DNA of 64,000 nt, taken from contig OX597821.1 in the NCBI GenBank assembly GCA_951406725.2, forward strand, positions 20,894,001 through 20,958,000. The letters are read 5' to 3'. Both the position numbers and the translations under genes were made by a program. The notes under the pieces are model-generated. The model worked only from the letters and a program-made list of their open reading frames with translations. It made no database searches and was not told the origin of the DNA. Origin of the DNA: Octopus vulgaris. Taxonomy: Eukaryota. The stretch's first letter is position 1. Each line of letters starts with the position of its first letter. Shown here one piece after another: positions 40,652 through 53,936 of this stretch.

Positions 40652-40884
40652 TTCGGAGTGAGTTTCGAATATTTTCCACAAAAGCAGGTATGTTTAGGTT
40701 ATGAGACTTTGTTCGCTTAGACTAAAATAACATGTTAACTACGCCGGGAAAACACCCTTTACTCTATATTATTCTTATTATTGTAAAGATCTACCCTATG
40801 GTTATCTTTGTCATCGTCATCAGTAGGACTCTCTCTGTAAAATATTTATACCACAGCCGATTTACCACCACTACTACCACCAAT

Positions 40885-41120
40885 GTGGATGTGTAAAGCT
40901 CGGCGGTTAAAGAGATGAATTCATGATCGTAAGGGTGTGGTTTCGATTCTTGGTCGGAAAGATGCGTCGTGTTCTAGAGTTAAGCACTTCATTTCATGTT
41001 GCTCCAGTTCTGTCAGCTGATGACAAGGAGTAGTCCTGCAACGGACTAGCGTCCTATCCTGTGAGGATTAAATACGCTAGAGAAACCGGAAGACCAGCTC
41101 TATGCTCCTCACGGAGTACT
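40885..41120 (+). mobile_element. old tRNA-derived SINE with V-domain-like core
   Basis: ggtttcgattc B box; cctgcaacggactagcgtcctatcc...agaaaccgg similar to 51818-51876. Confidence 0.55.
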
Positions 41121-42859
41121 GTTGACTAAGCAATACCACCACCAACACCAACACCAACACCACCATCACCTTTACTACTACTGCTGCTGCTGCTACTGCC
41201 ACTACTACAAATGTCCCACACCCATACACCTCCCGCCATCAACTCTACTCTTCTCCACTTCTCCGATACTATGTTTCATCACCTCTATCTCACCGCCACC
41301 AGTAAAAACTATTATAAATGTATCGAACACCAATCCTGCTACTATCAATACTTTACACTAACACAAATCCACAATGAACACCCTTGCCAGCGTTATTAGA
41401 ACTTCTCAATAACAACACTACTACCACCACCACTAACACTACTAATCTATCCATCATCACTCCACACTTTCACCACACCCCAATGTACGATTACCACTCC
41501 ACACAGCCCACATACCTCTTCATTATTCATTATACCTACCACTATTACCATCGGGATGAGCATTACCACTTCTACCACCACCACCACCACCACCATCATT
41601 ATCAACGCTACCACATATTTCTCCTTCCCCGCTAAGAACCTCCCTCATTATAAGGTATTAAAGTACATTCATAATGAATTTGTTTGATCGATATAAATAT
41701 GACTTGCGATTTTGTTTTTTCTAGAACGATACAGGTTGCGGTATAGAGCGTTGTCATTGCTGATAAAGTAGTAGTATGGTGAAGTGCTGTTGTGTGTCTT
41801 ATTTCTGTGGTGTTGTGATATTTCAGGTGATGGTGGTAACGTGGTTTTCTGGTTAAACCGAAGTGATATATGACATCGGCATGGTGTGGATATACGAGTG
41901 AGTGCTGAACATTTCCTGGCTTTGAGTAAAAGAAAATACGAGAGGATCAGTTAATTACGGTTTTAGTCAACATGTTTCCCTCTCAGGTTCACATAATTAT
42001 TACAGCGGTCCAATACTATCAGTGTGATGGCCTGATAGTTATAGTATTTTGTGGGAGTATATTGTTGAGTGAGTGACAATAGATGTGAAGTGATTGTTTG
42101 GTGTATGTAGCGGCGAGGTGTAATTATCATAAATATCATCATTAATTAAGGTGCTTGTTCCGTGATGGCATGAGTTGGATGTTATGATAGGATTCGACAG
42201 ATCCAGTTACAGCATCGTGAGTAATTGTCTACTGTGGCGTGGTTTCTATAGCTTTCTGAACTTCTTAATGCCAGCCATATTACAATTGTACTGTGTGATT
42301 TTCTCTTGGCACCAGCATTAATGGTGTGACCAAGCAATCAGCACGACTAACATATCCTTCTACTAAAGTGGAGCTACAGTAGAATAGTGCCTTTGTGTTT
42401 TAAGGTAAGAGATTAGTGTGAGAAACAGGGCAAGAAACAATTTCATGGTGTAGGGAGGCTAGAAAGTTTTTTTGGATGATGTGGAAACAGATTACAATAG
42501 TTGTTGTGAGGTGTCAGTGTGTACCCACAAGATAAGAAATGAGTAGAGGTTAGTGAGTATATGAGAAGAGGAAATGTGGATGATTAAATGTTACAAGAGT
42601 GTATGGGAGAGTGGGAGACAGAGAACAGGTGAGAAATATTGAAAGATCATAATTAGGGGCAGCAGGGAATGGGGAGCATCAGATGACAACGGTAGAAATT
42701 AAGTAGGGATAATGTGGCTGAGGACGGCCAACAATATTTATATGTTGGCGATATTCAGGGAGAAAAGTTTATTGACAGTACAGAAAGTAGGTAGGTTAGA
42801 ATGGAGAAAACCAGCAAAGTAATAAAAATGATAATATAACAATAATAATAATAATAATA

Positions 42860-43072
42860 AGGATTTTAAAATTTGGCACAAGGCCAGCACTTTTAGAGTT
42901 GGGGTAAGTCAATTGCATTGATCCCAGTACTTAAGTGGTACTTAATTTATCGATCTCGAAAAGATGAAAGTCAAGGTCACCTCGGCGGAATTTGAACGCA
43001 GAACATCAAGACGGACGAAATACCATAAAGAATTTTGCCAGACATGCTAGTGATTCTTCCAGCTCATCTTCT
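42860..43072 (-). mobile_element. SINE family B, diverged, with (TTA) tail
   Basis: Reverse match ggtacttaatttatcgat...gatgaaag...ctcggcggaatttgaac. Confidence 0.8.
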
Positions 43073-44064
43073 TAATAACAATGATAATAAAATACTTGAC
43101 AAGGACAGAATCAGAGAGAATGGGCGAAAGGAACAGCAGGAAATGTCGCGGTTGGATAGGTTGTAAGAGTGTGCGCAGATGTAATGAATGGTAAAGGATT
43201 CGTAACATGGGGTGTATCGGTATATTGTTGATGGCGTAATGGTAACAGTATTGTGTGATAATGTTGTGTGTTAAGGGTGGAGTGTTGGTGACGCTGATAT
43301 TGTATGACGTGGTGCTAGGTTGCAGCAGACTTTATGAAGATATGATGGTTGTAACTGTGTTGATGGCTATATATGAATGGACGTGTAGTACACTGCAGTC
43401 TGTGATATAGTGATAGTTGTTGCAGTATGTTGTTTCATAATTCAGCCTGCGTAATATCAGTCATCATAGTATATGGTGTATATAGACTGAAGTGTTAGTA
43501 CGAATGATCGAATATACATTTGCTTGAGGGACATATGGTTATACTCACGATTGCGGGATCAAAGTTTGAATTTCTGGAACGGATTGCGCGTTCATCTGAT
43601 GTTACTCTTCGATCACTTCGACACCTGACGTGTGATACACCACACACCTGTTCAGACAATGTTGATTTGATGGGCGTAGTGAACTAATGTACAGCACAAA
43701 CATTTGATCACTGTAAACAAATCCTTAGTGCAGGTTGTTCAGCAAGAGGTTGCAGAGCCGTCTTTCTCAGACAACGTGAGATTGCAATCATATCCATTTG
43801 GTTGCACGAAGTATGCGATTCAGATGTTGTTGTGAATGTAGTAGAAATTGGTAATGCATGATGTTCATATGATAGTACATATAATGTGTACTGTACGGAA
43901 TATCGCTTGAGGGACTGTGTAAATAGAAATATGATATCAAAGGGAGTTAGTAATTGTACTGCTACTTACTGGTTGGTGGCGTGTTGCCCTTATGAACACT
44001 ATCTAGAACAATTGATGAATTATATTTTTAGTTTATTTTTATAATATTATGCTCATGTAATTAA

Positions 44065-44460
44065 GAGAACTGGCATAATCTGTGGTACGTCGAACAAAAT
44101 GCTTAGTGGCATTTCTTCCGTGTTCACGCAAGGACCGACTTTACATTTCGGGTTCGATAAAATAATTATCAATTGATTACTGGAGTTGAGGTAATCGGCT
44201 TCCTTTCTCTCTAACCTTTGCCAAAATTTAAAAGCAATCTTATGTTCTTGTGAGGCGGCGCACTTGTAGAATCTTTAGAAGGGTGAGGAACATGCCTAGA
44301 GCTATTTCGTCCATCTTTACGTGCTGTGTTCAAATACCACCGCGGTCGATTGTGCCTTTGATAATTTTGAGGTCAGTAAAATAAGTACCAGTTGAGCATT
44401 GAAGTCGATATTAATCGACTTACCTATTTACCCGAAATTGCTGGCATTGCGCCAAATTTT
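44065..44460 (+). mobile_element. two decayed SINE family B copies
   Basis: aaatgcttagtggcatttc...tcgataaaataa and gaggcggcg...gttcaaatacc...aaaataagtaccagttgagca. Confidence 0.65.
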
Positions 44461-45569
44461 GTTCTTGCTAGTGTTCTATTTAACAATAACGTTCTCATTT
44501 TTGAAGCAGTTTGTTCTTGGTGCTAGTAACAGTCATGACGGATGTCATCGTCATCACCACCATCATAATCCCGGTCACCCTGCCTATATCTTTAACGGGG
44601 ACCTTTATTTTATTTATATATTTTATTTATCTTATTTATTTACAAACTTTAGTGCTGCAACTATTGGTGTTGTTACTCTTGTTCTCGATGTTGCGCATTC
44701 GTGACTCTACTATCTTGACACGCGTGGTTGAAGACATTTTGTGATACTATTATTATTGTTGTTGTTGCTGTTAACTGCTGATGTTGGTTTTGATATTGCA
44801 GTTGTTATAGTTGTTGTTATTGCTGTAGTAATTCGCAGTGCAAGTTGTTGGTAGTATTACTGCTATTGTTTTTACTTAAATGCACTCTTGGTGATGGCTG
44901 TATTATGTTACGTTGTTGTTGCTTTTAATGATATTCTCGCATGCATTGTGGTTGTTATTGCTGTCATCTTTTTTCGTTAATGCTGTTGTTTTTGTTGTTG
45001 TAGCTAATAACTGTCTGAAAGCTTTAAACATGTCTAAAATTAAAAAGAAAATCCATTGGAGAAAGAGGAAAAAAAGAAAGAGACGAAAAATGTCTTTGTA
45101 TCGATTTGTTCATGCCAGTAGCTTTCTATCGATAAATCAGCGTGAAGAAACAGAAGAAACTAACACTTACAATGTTTTTATTTCAATATTACCCCTACCA
45201 CTTCCTTTATCCATCCCATCATGCATTTCCCGTTTAGTTTTAGACGATGTTCCTACATCCGTCTCTTTTTACCCATCATTCAATGAATTTTATTTTTTCC
45301 AGTTATTAACATTTGCATCGACATCATCTAAGCATCGGTGATCTGTTCATCTTAATCTGTTGCAACATGCATTTGTCTATTTACAAGCATGTAGCTAACG
45401 CTGACCTCTTCTTCCACATGCACTTTATTTTCCATCTTTCTCAATGTAGTTCAATTATAGCGCTTCCCAGAAATGCATTATTTTTATTCATTTTTCCATC
45501 ATGCGTTCATATTTACCTCTCTCCTAGCTTGCACTTCTCTTTTGCCAATTTCCAGTCCTACCCTTTATT

Positions 45570-45638
<69 letters not shown>

Positions 45639-46032
45639 CTCTCTCTCTCATGTTCCTCTTCGCCTTTGACTATCTTTCAACATGCACTTCATTTTTATCT
45701 CTTTTCTGGAATATGGATTATCTGACGTCCTGTCCCAGCATAAAAACTCACATCCATACAATTCTCACTATAAACTTTATATAAATTTCTTTCTCAATTT
45801 ATATTAAAATTTCCTTTCTTTCAGACATCGAACAAAACTTTCATCTCTTTTTTCGTGTTTAGCTACGCGTTCTTTGTAGTTAGAGATAAGCACAATTCCA
45901 GATATCTCATAATTTATATATTAATATCTACCAGCTTCTGTCTCTAGATTTCCTGTTTAAAGTTTAAAGGCATCATCCATTTTTCACCAATTCACATCCA
46001 TTATACGACATGTGCATACACACCACATACAC

Positions 46033-46083
<51 letters not shown>

Positions 46084-46084
<1 letters not shown>

Positions 46085-46409
46085 CGGCAGCATTACTGGA
46101 TATTAATAGTTATCGCCATACTAATATGGCAGTCTAAATATAAACCTAAAGCTGTCGCTGATTAGGTCCAAGAGGCCACCGCCTCTAGCTAGCTATATGA
46201 CACACGAACCTGCGTCCATTACAACCTTCGAACAGGGGAGGTCAGCCGCTTCACCTTGCTAGTCAGACATCTGCAGACATGTTTCAGGTTTGTTGCCCTT
46301 TATCAATGCAGCGTAGTCGGACCCGCAGGTGTCGCTACTGACCGTCTGTTCGAAGATTTTATTTACCTAGTTACAGTGGAATACATCCACTTGTTTTCAA
46401 TAATAGAAA
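46084..46409 (-). mobile_element. diverged, circularly permuted monomer of the 362-bp hammerhead element
   Basis: Minus strand starts at tttctattattgaaaacaagtggatgtattccac (mid-unit at 29 kb), crosses the ribozyme and the unit junction, and ends at gccatattagtatggcgataactatt...gctgccgt next to (TA)n. Confidence 0.88.
46271..46311 (-). ncRNA. minimal type I hammerhead ribozyme, U3-A8 core variant
   Basis: Minus strand ctgca-TTGATAA-agg gcaacaaa cct-GAAA-catg-TC-tgcag. Confidence 0.78.
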
Positions 46410-46702
46410 GGCTTCTCGCTGATGAAACCGGCCTTAGCAAACATATTCTGTCTGTTTTGCTAGAAAGAGGTAGAAACTGATCAGTCCGGGATATATCGTT
46501 AATGGTAAATTTTTTTGATTTTCACTCTCGATGAATTTATCCCTTTTTTGTGTCCCTAGCACTTGGCATCCTTATTTGAGAGCCCTTAATTATATTTCTA
46601 TATGAATAATATTTTTCTATATGAATAATATTTTGTCTAATGAGACTAATTCGTCTTTTGTGCTGGGCCACTGGTAGTAATCTATGTTATTACACTTTTT
46701 TG

Positions 46703-46750
<48 letters not shown>

Positions 46751-47390
46751 CACATATATTCATATACATGTGTGTGTGTGTGTGTGTATGTGTAAACAAA
46801 AAAATTTGATACATCTACAGGATTCTTCACTTTCATACATCTTTGTCGAAATTATCTTTTATGAGAAGTAATTAATGTTGTTAGATATTGTTCAAAGATT
46901 ATTGAGTGTTTCGATACTGAACCTTGAGACCTTCGATGGATATCTAGTGTTCGATGCATTTCGGGGCATGTCGGGTACAGACTGAACCGTAAATCAGCTA
47001 GAAGTGGCATCGTATTAGGATTTAAAATAGTAGTAACGTGGGTTTGTACGGAACAGCTATGTTCAAGTGGCAAGGAACATTAGTTCTCAGAATATAAAGT
47101 CTTTCCCAAAAATATTATTTTACATCCCTTAATTGGGGTTCTAGCACAAACTGAAACCATTAAGCTGTTTCATATTCCTGCTACGTACGACAGGTATTTT
47201 TTCCTTTCTCTCCTATATTCTATTAACGGTGCTTTTTGACCTGGTACGGTTGCATTTCGTGTCTCCCGTCCAGTGCGTAAGAGATTGTTGCATTCATGGA
47301 GCCACGTATGTCTCCTTATATTAAGTGATTCATTCCAAAATCTGCCATACGACGCCTGGTTCCAGAAAGCCGTCACAGCAAGACTCAATA

Positions 47391-47952
47391 CATATATATC
47401 GCTGCCAGCATCATAGTGTTGGGAATATGCCCTATACCATTCCTTGCAGGAAGACCCTGAATACTTAAATGTGTGTATGTGTGAATACGTATATATACAC
47501 ATGAATACATACATATATGCATACATACGTACACAAACTGACACACACACTTACGCATACACACACACAGGTATACACATATATCGCTGCCAGCATCATA
47601 GTGTTGGGAACATGCCATATACCATTCTTTGCAGGAAGACCCTGAATACTTAAATGTGTGTATGTGTGTATACGTATATATACACATGAATACATACATA
47701 TATGCATACATACGTACACAAACTGACACACACACTTACGCATACACACACACAGGTATACACATATATCGCTGCCAGCATCATAGTGTTGGGAACATGC
47801 CATATACCATTCTTTGCAGTAAGACCCTGAATACTTAAATGTGTGTATGTGTGTATACGTATATATACACATGAATACATACATATATGCATACATACGT
47901 ACACAAACTGACACACACACTTACGCATACACACACACAGGTATACACATAT
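47391..47952. repeat. 185-bp tandem repeat, three copies
   Basis: gctgccagcatcatagtgttggg starts at 47401, 47586 and 47771; units nearly identical. Confidence 0.97.
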
Positions 47953-48643
47953 AATATATAATGGCGTGTGTAGGGTATGCTTAGCTTATATTCCTGTATA
48001 CTCTATAGTCATTCCATGTTGTCCCTACCATGTATAAAATGTAAATATTCTTGTCTAAACGCGTAATGCTATAATGTTTTAAAAACGCATTTGAAATTAT
48101 GGAAATATTATTCTGTGACCAAGTTTCAAAACCATGTTCGTGAAAGCATGTAGACTATATTTTCATTTACTGCATTAATATACTCGCCACAGCTGTCTGT
48201 ATAAACATGTTGCGCAACACAATCGAAACGTTTATTACAGTACATCACTTACACATATTTTCTCAAATTTGACATCTGCCAAAATATATTTCACATCTGA
48301 ATCTAAACTAGAAATACTATTGAAGGTAAATTATCGATTGTCAAAGGAATTATCAATCTATAAATAACATTAAACTATTTATTCTATAATCTTATGCGTT
48401 GTCAAAATTCTTGACAGCACTTGAATACATCATTCAGCCTAGAAGGCCAATCAAAATGTTAAGATCTTACACACAACGAGACAATGACGCTTCCACAACT
48501 TCCAAGAATAATTCAACTCTAATTAGTTATTGTCTTTTGTGCATTCGTCATTTTTGAAATATCTTCAAGGAAAATCTTTAAATACCTTAACCTTTCGTTT
48601 TTCACATAGAGTACTTAGGAAAGATATTCTCCCGGGCGATATG

Positions 48644-48697
<54 letters not shown>

Positions 48698-48752
48698 TTA
48701 TGTATGTATATATCTATATTTATATATATCTAGCTATCTATATATTAATCTT

Positions 48753-48814
<62 letters not shown>

Positions 48815-48835
48815 GACGAAACGAAAAATTCGCAG

Positions 48836-48987
<152 letters not shown>

Positions 48988-49374
48988 TATATAATCATAA
49001 TAAAACATCATTTTACTGCATCTAATATAAATTTAGATATAAAGATACAAAATAAAGATATTTCATGTTCTGATTTTGTGTCTTGAAGATAAAAACGGAG
49101 AACAACGAAATAATATCTGAATTTCATAAAAACATAAAATTTCTGAATATAATTGTTGCCGGAGAAATAACACTTAAATTATTCGTGTAATTTATTAATG
49201 TATAATATTTGTTTCAAAACTGTGAATTATTCTGTATACCTTATTTCGGATGCGTTTTATCATTTCTATAATTATCAAACATTCTATAGATTTGGGAAGC
49301 TAATTAGCTAATTATCTCCCTAATTAGCAAACATTCTATTTTTCCATAGACGTCTTCATTTTCTAGTTAACATC

Positions 49375-49415
49375 ATCCCCATCATTATCACCACCACCAC
49401 CACCACCACTACCAG

Positions 49416-49447
<32 letters not shown>

Positions 49448-49494
49448 TCATCATCATTATCACCATCATCATCATCAGTATCAGCATCTATATT

Positions 49495-49539
<45 letters not shown>

Positions 49540-49549
49540 GTCATCATCA

Positions 49550-49607
<58 letters not shown>

Positions 49608-49618
49608 CATCATTATTA
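49375..49618. repeat. compound (CAC)/(CAT)/(TAT) microsatellite
   Basis: Direct reading; abuts the LINE 3' end. Confidence 0.95.
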
Positions 49619-50723
49619 TATGTTTGACTTTTGCTTTACATTTGCACAAGTTGGCTCCAAGTCTCACCCGGAGACCTCAAGAGACAACAGGTTGGAAGTT
49701 GACGTTGTTGTTATGCCTAGTGTGCCATATATTTGGTTGTTTTTTGTGTTGTACTGGTGGATGTCTAAAAAAAAATGTTTGTTTTAAACCTTGAGATTAC
49801 ATAGAAAGTATTTTGCGTAGGATATGAGCAGTTCCCATGAGCCCTATCTTTTGAATTTCTGCCATTTTGTGGTTTCCTGGTATCTGAGTTAGGTAGCAAT
49901 CAGCCCCTTTCGCTATCATTCCCAGGGCACCTATGACAACAGGTATTGTTTTAGTCTTCAGGTTCCACATTTTGCTGATTCCTATTTCAAGATCTTTATA
50001 TTTGCTCAGTTTTTGGTAGGTCTTGACAGATACATTTATATCGATTGGGACAGTAATATCAATGAGGAGGCATGTTCTTTGTTTGAACTCTTTCAATATG
50101 ATGTCTGACCTATTTGCATCTATATTTCTGTCAGTTTGAATCTTGAAGTTCCAGAGGAGTGAGATGTGGTCATTTTCAAGCACTGGGGGTGGTTTGTGTT
50201 CCCACCAGTTTTTTTCATAGGGCAAATCCAGGTTTTTGCAGATTACCCAGTGAATGTATTGTGCTGCTCTATCATGCCTGTTGAGATACTCTGTAGGCGC
50301 TAGAAGACTGCACTTGGAGACCACATGATCAATGGTTTCATTTTGTTGTTGTCATACACGACACGTTGGGCTACTGCCGTTCTTTAATATGTTGGCCTGG
50401 TAGTTTCTTGTTGGTAGGTATTGAACTTCAGCTGCTATGATAAATCTGTTTCAGATTTTAAGCCAGAGACCATTAGTCATTGATGGGTCAGGGCTTTGTC
50501 AACATCTGCATTATTCGCTCTCTTTGGGTATTTGCCATAGAGAGGTTTTTCTTGCCATTTATCATTCAGAATATCTAAGGCCGCATATTTAGCACGGGTT
50601 TTCATGCGCTTAGCTTTTTCTGTGCCTGTTTCTTGTATGTCTATCTCTAATTCCAAAATTTGTTGTATTCGGAATTCACTTAGATATTTCTTTGCCTGTT
50701 TTGTGACTGTTTTGTGACTGAGT
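49619..50723 (-). mobile_element. 5'-truncated R4/Dong-clade LINE, same family as 25531-27003
   Basis: ORF 49797-50324 (RHD...ANRSDII...LLIDITVP...KLSKYKDL) and ORF 50477-50758 (WQEKPLYGKY); knuckle TCRV*QQQNETIDHVVSKC; same 3' end gcaaaagtcaaacata followed by (TAA)n. Confidence 0.93.
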
Positions 50724-51631
50724 ATAATAATAAACTGTGGTAGATTCATTCGATTCAAAATCCTCCAAACCGGTACCCCAGCATGGCCGCAGTCTAAGGA
50801 TTAAAGATAAATATAATATATAGTCTAACAAAGGGATGTATATATATATATACATGTATATATACTATTATTTTATATGGACGCATTTTTTGATGAGCGA
50901 ATATTTTATAGATTTCCTGATGTTGCCAGTTCTGGTATTGGAGTGTATATGGTTTAGTTACATTCTTTACGGTTGATGGAAGAAATTTAAGAGGAAAGCG
51001 TATGAGTCGTTTGTAGATTAGTAAAATTTTATAGATATTGACTTGAAAATTTTTGGTGTGAATATATGCATCATATACATAGAATTTTTATGAACTAAAT
51101 CCCAATATCTTTTAAATAAATGTTACATTTATAAATAACGAATGGCTGTGTTTACTTTTAGCATAAAATCTCTATTAAACTGTATAAACTTCTACGATGA
51201 ATATTTAAATTGAACTTTTTGCATCCATTTTATGTTATTTTCCGATCGACTAAATAAATGTTTGTATTAAATAGTAAAATCCCTCACTAAATAATTTAAG
51301 ATTCACGTCTAGTCTTAAATATTAAATATATATAATTCAATCTTTTTCGAAATATTTTTTAATACACTATGTAAACAGCATTGAATTTTAGTGGCTACAG
51401 GTTTTTAACTTATCTAACCATTAGAAAATTTCAAACTGGGTTTTGATTCTTATCATACTTAATACCAGTACTTTGAGTGGGGCTATTTACGCCTTCATCG
51501 AATAACTTTCCCCTTTATGTCTAAATAACAGAAATTAGATAACAAGTAAATATCACAGAAACCATTATATTATTTTAGGAATCCGAAATAAAATATAATT
51601 TTCTTATATATTTACGTCAGTATATTGCTTA

Positions 51632-51921
51632 TGTGGAGGCGCAATGGCCAAGTGGACTCGCGGTCGGTGGATCGGGGTTTCAATTCCCAGAACGGGCGTT
51701 GTGTGTGTTTATTGAGCGAAAACACCTGATACTCCACGAGGATCCGGCAGGGGGTTTGATGGCGACCCCTGTTGTACTCTTTCGCCCCAACTTTCTCTCA
51801 TTGTTTCTTAAGAAACGCTGCGATGGTCTGGCGTCCCGTCCAGCTGAGGGGAACACATACGCCACAGAAACCGGGAAACCTGGCCCATGAGCCTGGCTAG
51901 GCTTGAAATAAAAAATTTTAA
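51632..51921 (+). mobile_element. SINE with family C head and V-domain-like body, with TSD
   Basis: Head as in 39650; body ctgcgatggtctggcgtcccgtccag...cagaaaccggg; 10-bp TSD atattgctta at 51622-51631 and 51922-51931. Confidence 0.8.
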
Positions 51922-52312
51922 ATATTGCTTAAATTATATATATTTTTTAAAATTTTCTAACGAGCAATGTTTTGCTTGTGTCATTGGTCGTTTTCTTGTT
52001 CTTATATACAATCCGCACAAATAAGTTTTAAAGCGTTAATAGTCCTATTTAATTACGCTTTTGAAGAGAAAATAACGAAACACTGCAACAATGGGCCAGA
52101 TTTGATTAGGCTAAGACACATTAATTATGCTAAAAACATTTATTTAGGTTAAGACCATTTAATTAGGCTACGATCATTCAATTAGGCTAAGGCCTAATTC
52201 ACTGAATACGTGTTGAATATTAGAAATGTATTGAGCCTCTTCTTGAACTTGATCTTCTTGTGAGATTATATATATAAATCTATGCATGATACATATGTAC
52301 ATATGCATACAT

Positions 52313-52388
<76 letters not shown>

Positions 52389-53428
52389 TACAGACAGACA
52401 TACAGATACATATATGTATACATATACACATATATACATTATTATGCGACGTACACGCACTAACATACAACTCCCCATGTATATATATATATATATATAT
52501 AGGGGTACGTTGCGCTGCAATGAATACCTCAAAATTGAGACGGAGATAGGAAAAAACAGACGAAAACTGGGCGAAAACATAATGGACAGAAAAGACAAAA
52601 ATACGATACAAACAACATTCGCAGCTGCGTTTCTCATTAGTTGTTTTCCGAGACGTCATAGTGGTTTCACGCTATTTAAACCCAGATCACTGTTATCGAG
52701 CGGGAGTGCCAGATTTAGAGCTACAAGAAAAAGCTAACGAATGTGTGCAAGGATAGGATAAGATAACATTATACAGAAAAGAAATTGCCTTACAAAGGGA
52801 CTTTCAACCTACTACCCTTCCTTGAAATCTACTGATCTGCCAATACACCCAATTACATAGGCTTTAGGACCCTTAATGCTCAAGTTAACCGTAAAGCTCA
52901 AGTTAACCCAGTCTCTATACTAAATTCCTATCTCTATACTAAAAAGCTGACTTCTAAATAAATACATCAAATTAAAAGTGGTTGAATGCGGGACTGAAAT
53001 ATGCTTTCAATTAGTGTTCAAATAACCTCAAAAACAGTTAAGCTTAGTAACAAATCTGCTGGACAACTAACCTTTTCGCCTGCTTACAATCTTTTGTGAA
53101 GAGTGTTAACAAACCCCAGGAAAAAAAAAGCTTAAACAATTAAATAGACACACCTGGTTACAATTTTTTTTACATGCATGGCTCAAATTTGAACTATAAT
53201 TTGAACTAATTTAAATCGATAAAACCTTTCTATGATATATTCTCATTGCAACTTACTCTACCACAGAATCCTCATTGAACATAGCTCTGCCAGCCCAAGA
53301 ATAAAAGTGTCGAAATGGCCAGAGACTATATAAAGTGACGACGAAATCAAAAGTACCGTAGTCTGAGCAAAGCGAATTGTAGGCGGAAACGTCAAAATCA
53401 GTCATCAATCTACCTTCTTATAAATACA

Positions 53429-53553
53429 CTAGCAATGCATCCCGGCGTTGCATGGATGTTATAGCCTACACCCACATTGTATTATTTGTATCTTTCTTAT
53501 GGGTAGAATCGGCACACGAGGAGCGTGAAACAAACAACTTTTTTGTATAAAGA
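53429..53553 (-). mobile_element. ~125-bp mini-Helitron
   Basis: Minus strand starts tctttatacaaaaaagttgtttg (cf. 6717) and ends gcaacgccgggatgcattgCTAG|T (cf. 7076-7097). Confidence 0.65.
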
Positions 53554-53782
53554 ATGTTTTCGGTTATTTTGTGATGAACAATGCTGAAATTCTGTTGTGT
53601 CTGGGGAGAGTCATTCTCTTTTTGTGCCTTATTTAACACACTCACCGGTAAAATTTCCACTTTTTTCTTATTTTTATTTTCCTAAAATTTTCGTTGCATG
53701 TTGCAACCGTTTCAATAGTTTTGACTCTGTTCGTTATTTACACTGCGCTCCCTTTTGTTTGTTTGTGCGCATGTGTGTGGGT

Positions 53783-53816
<34 letters not shown>

Positions 53817-53936
53817 CTATACATGCATGCATGTATGTATGTGTGTGTATTTGCATGTGTATGTATATATATATGTGTATGTATGCATATGTATATATGT
53901 ATGTATGTGTGTGCATCTGTATGAAAGGTGACGAAC

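Noticed and set aside
46410-46706. Possible Penelope ORF C-terminus upstream of the permuted hammerhead unit
   Set aside because: The minus-strand frames I translated by hand gave no clear GIY-YIG or RT motif.
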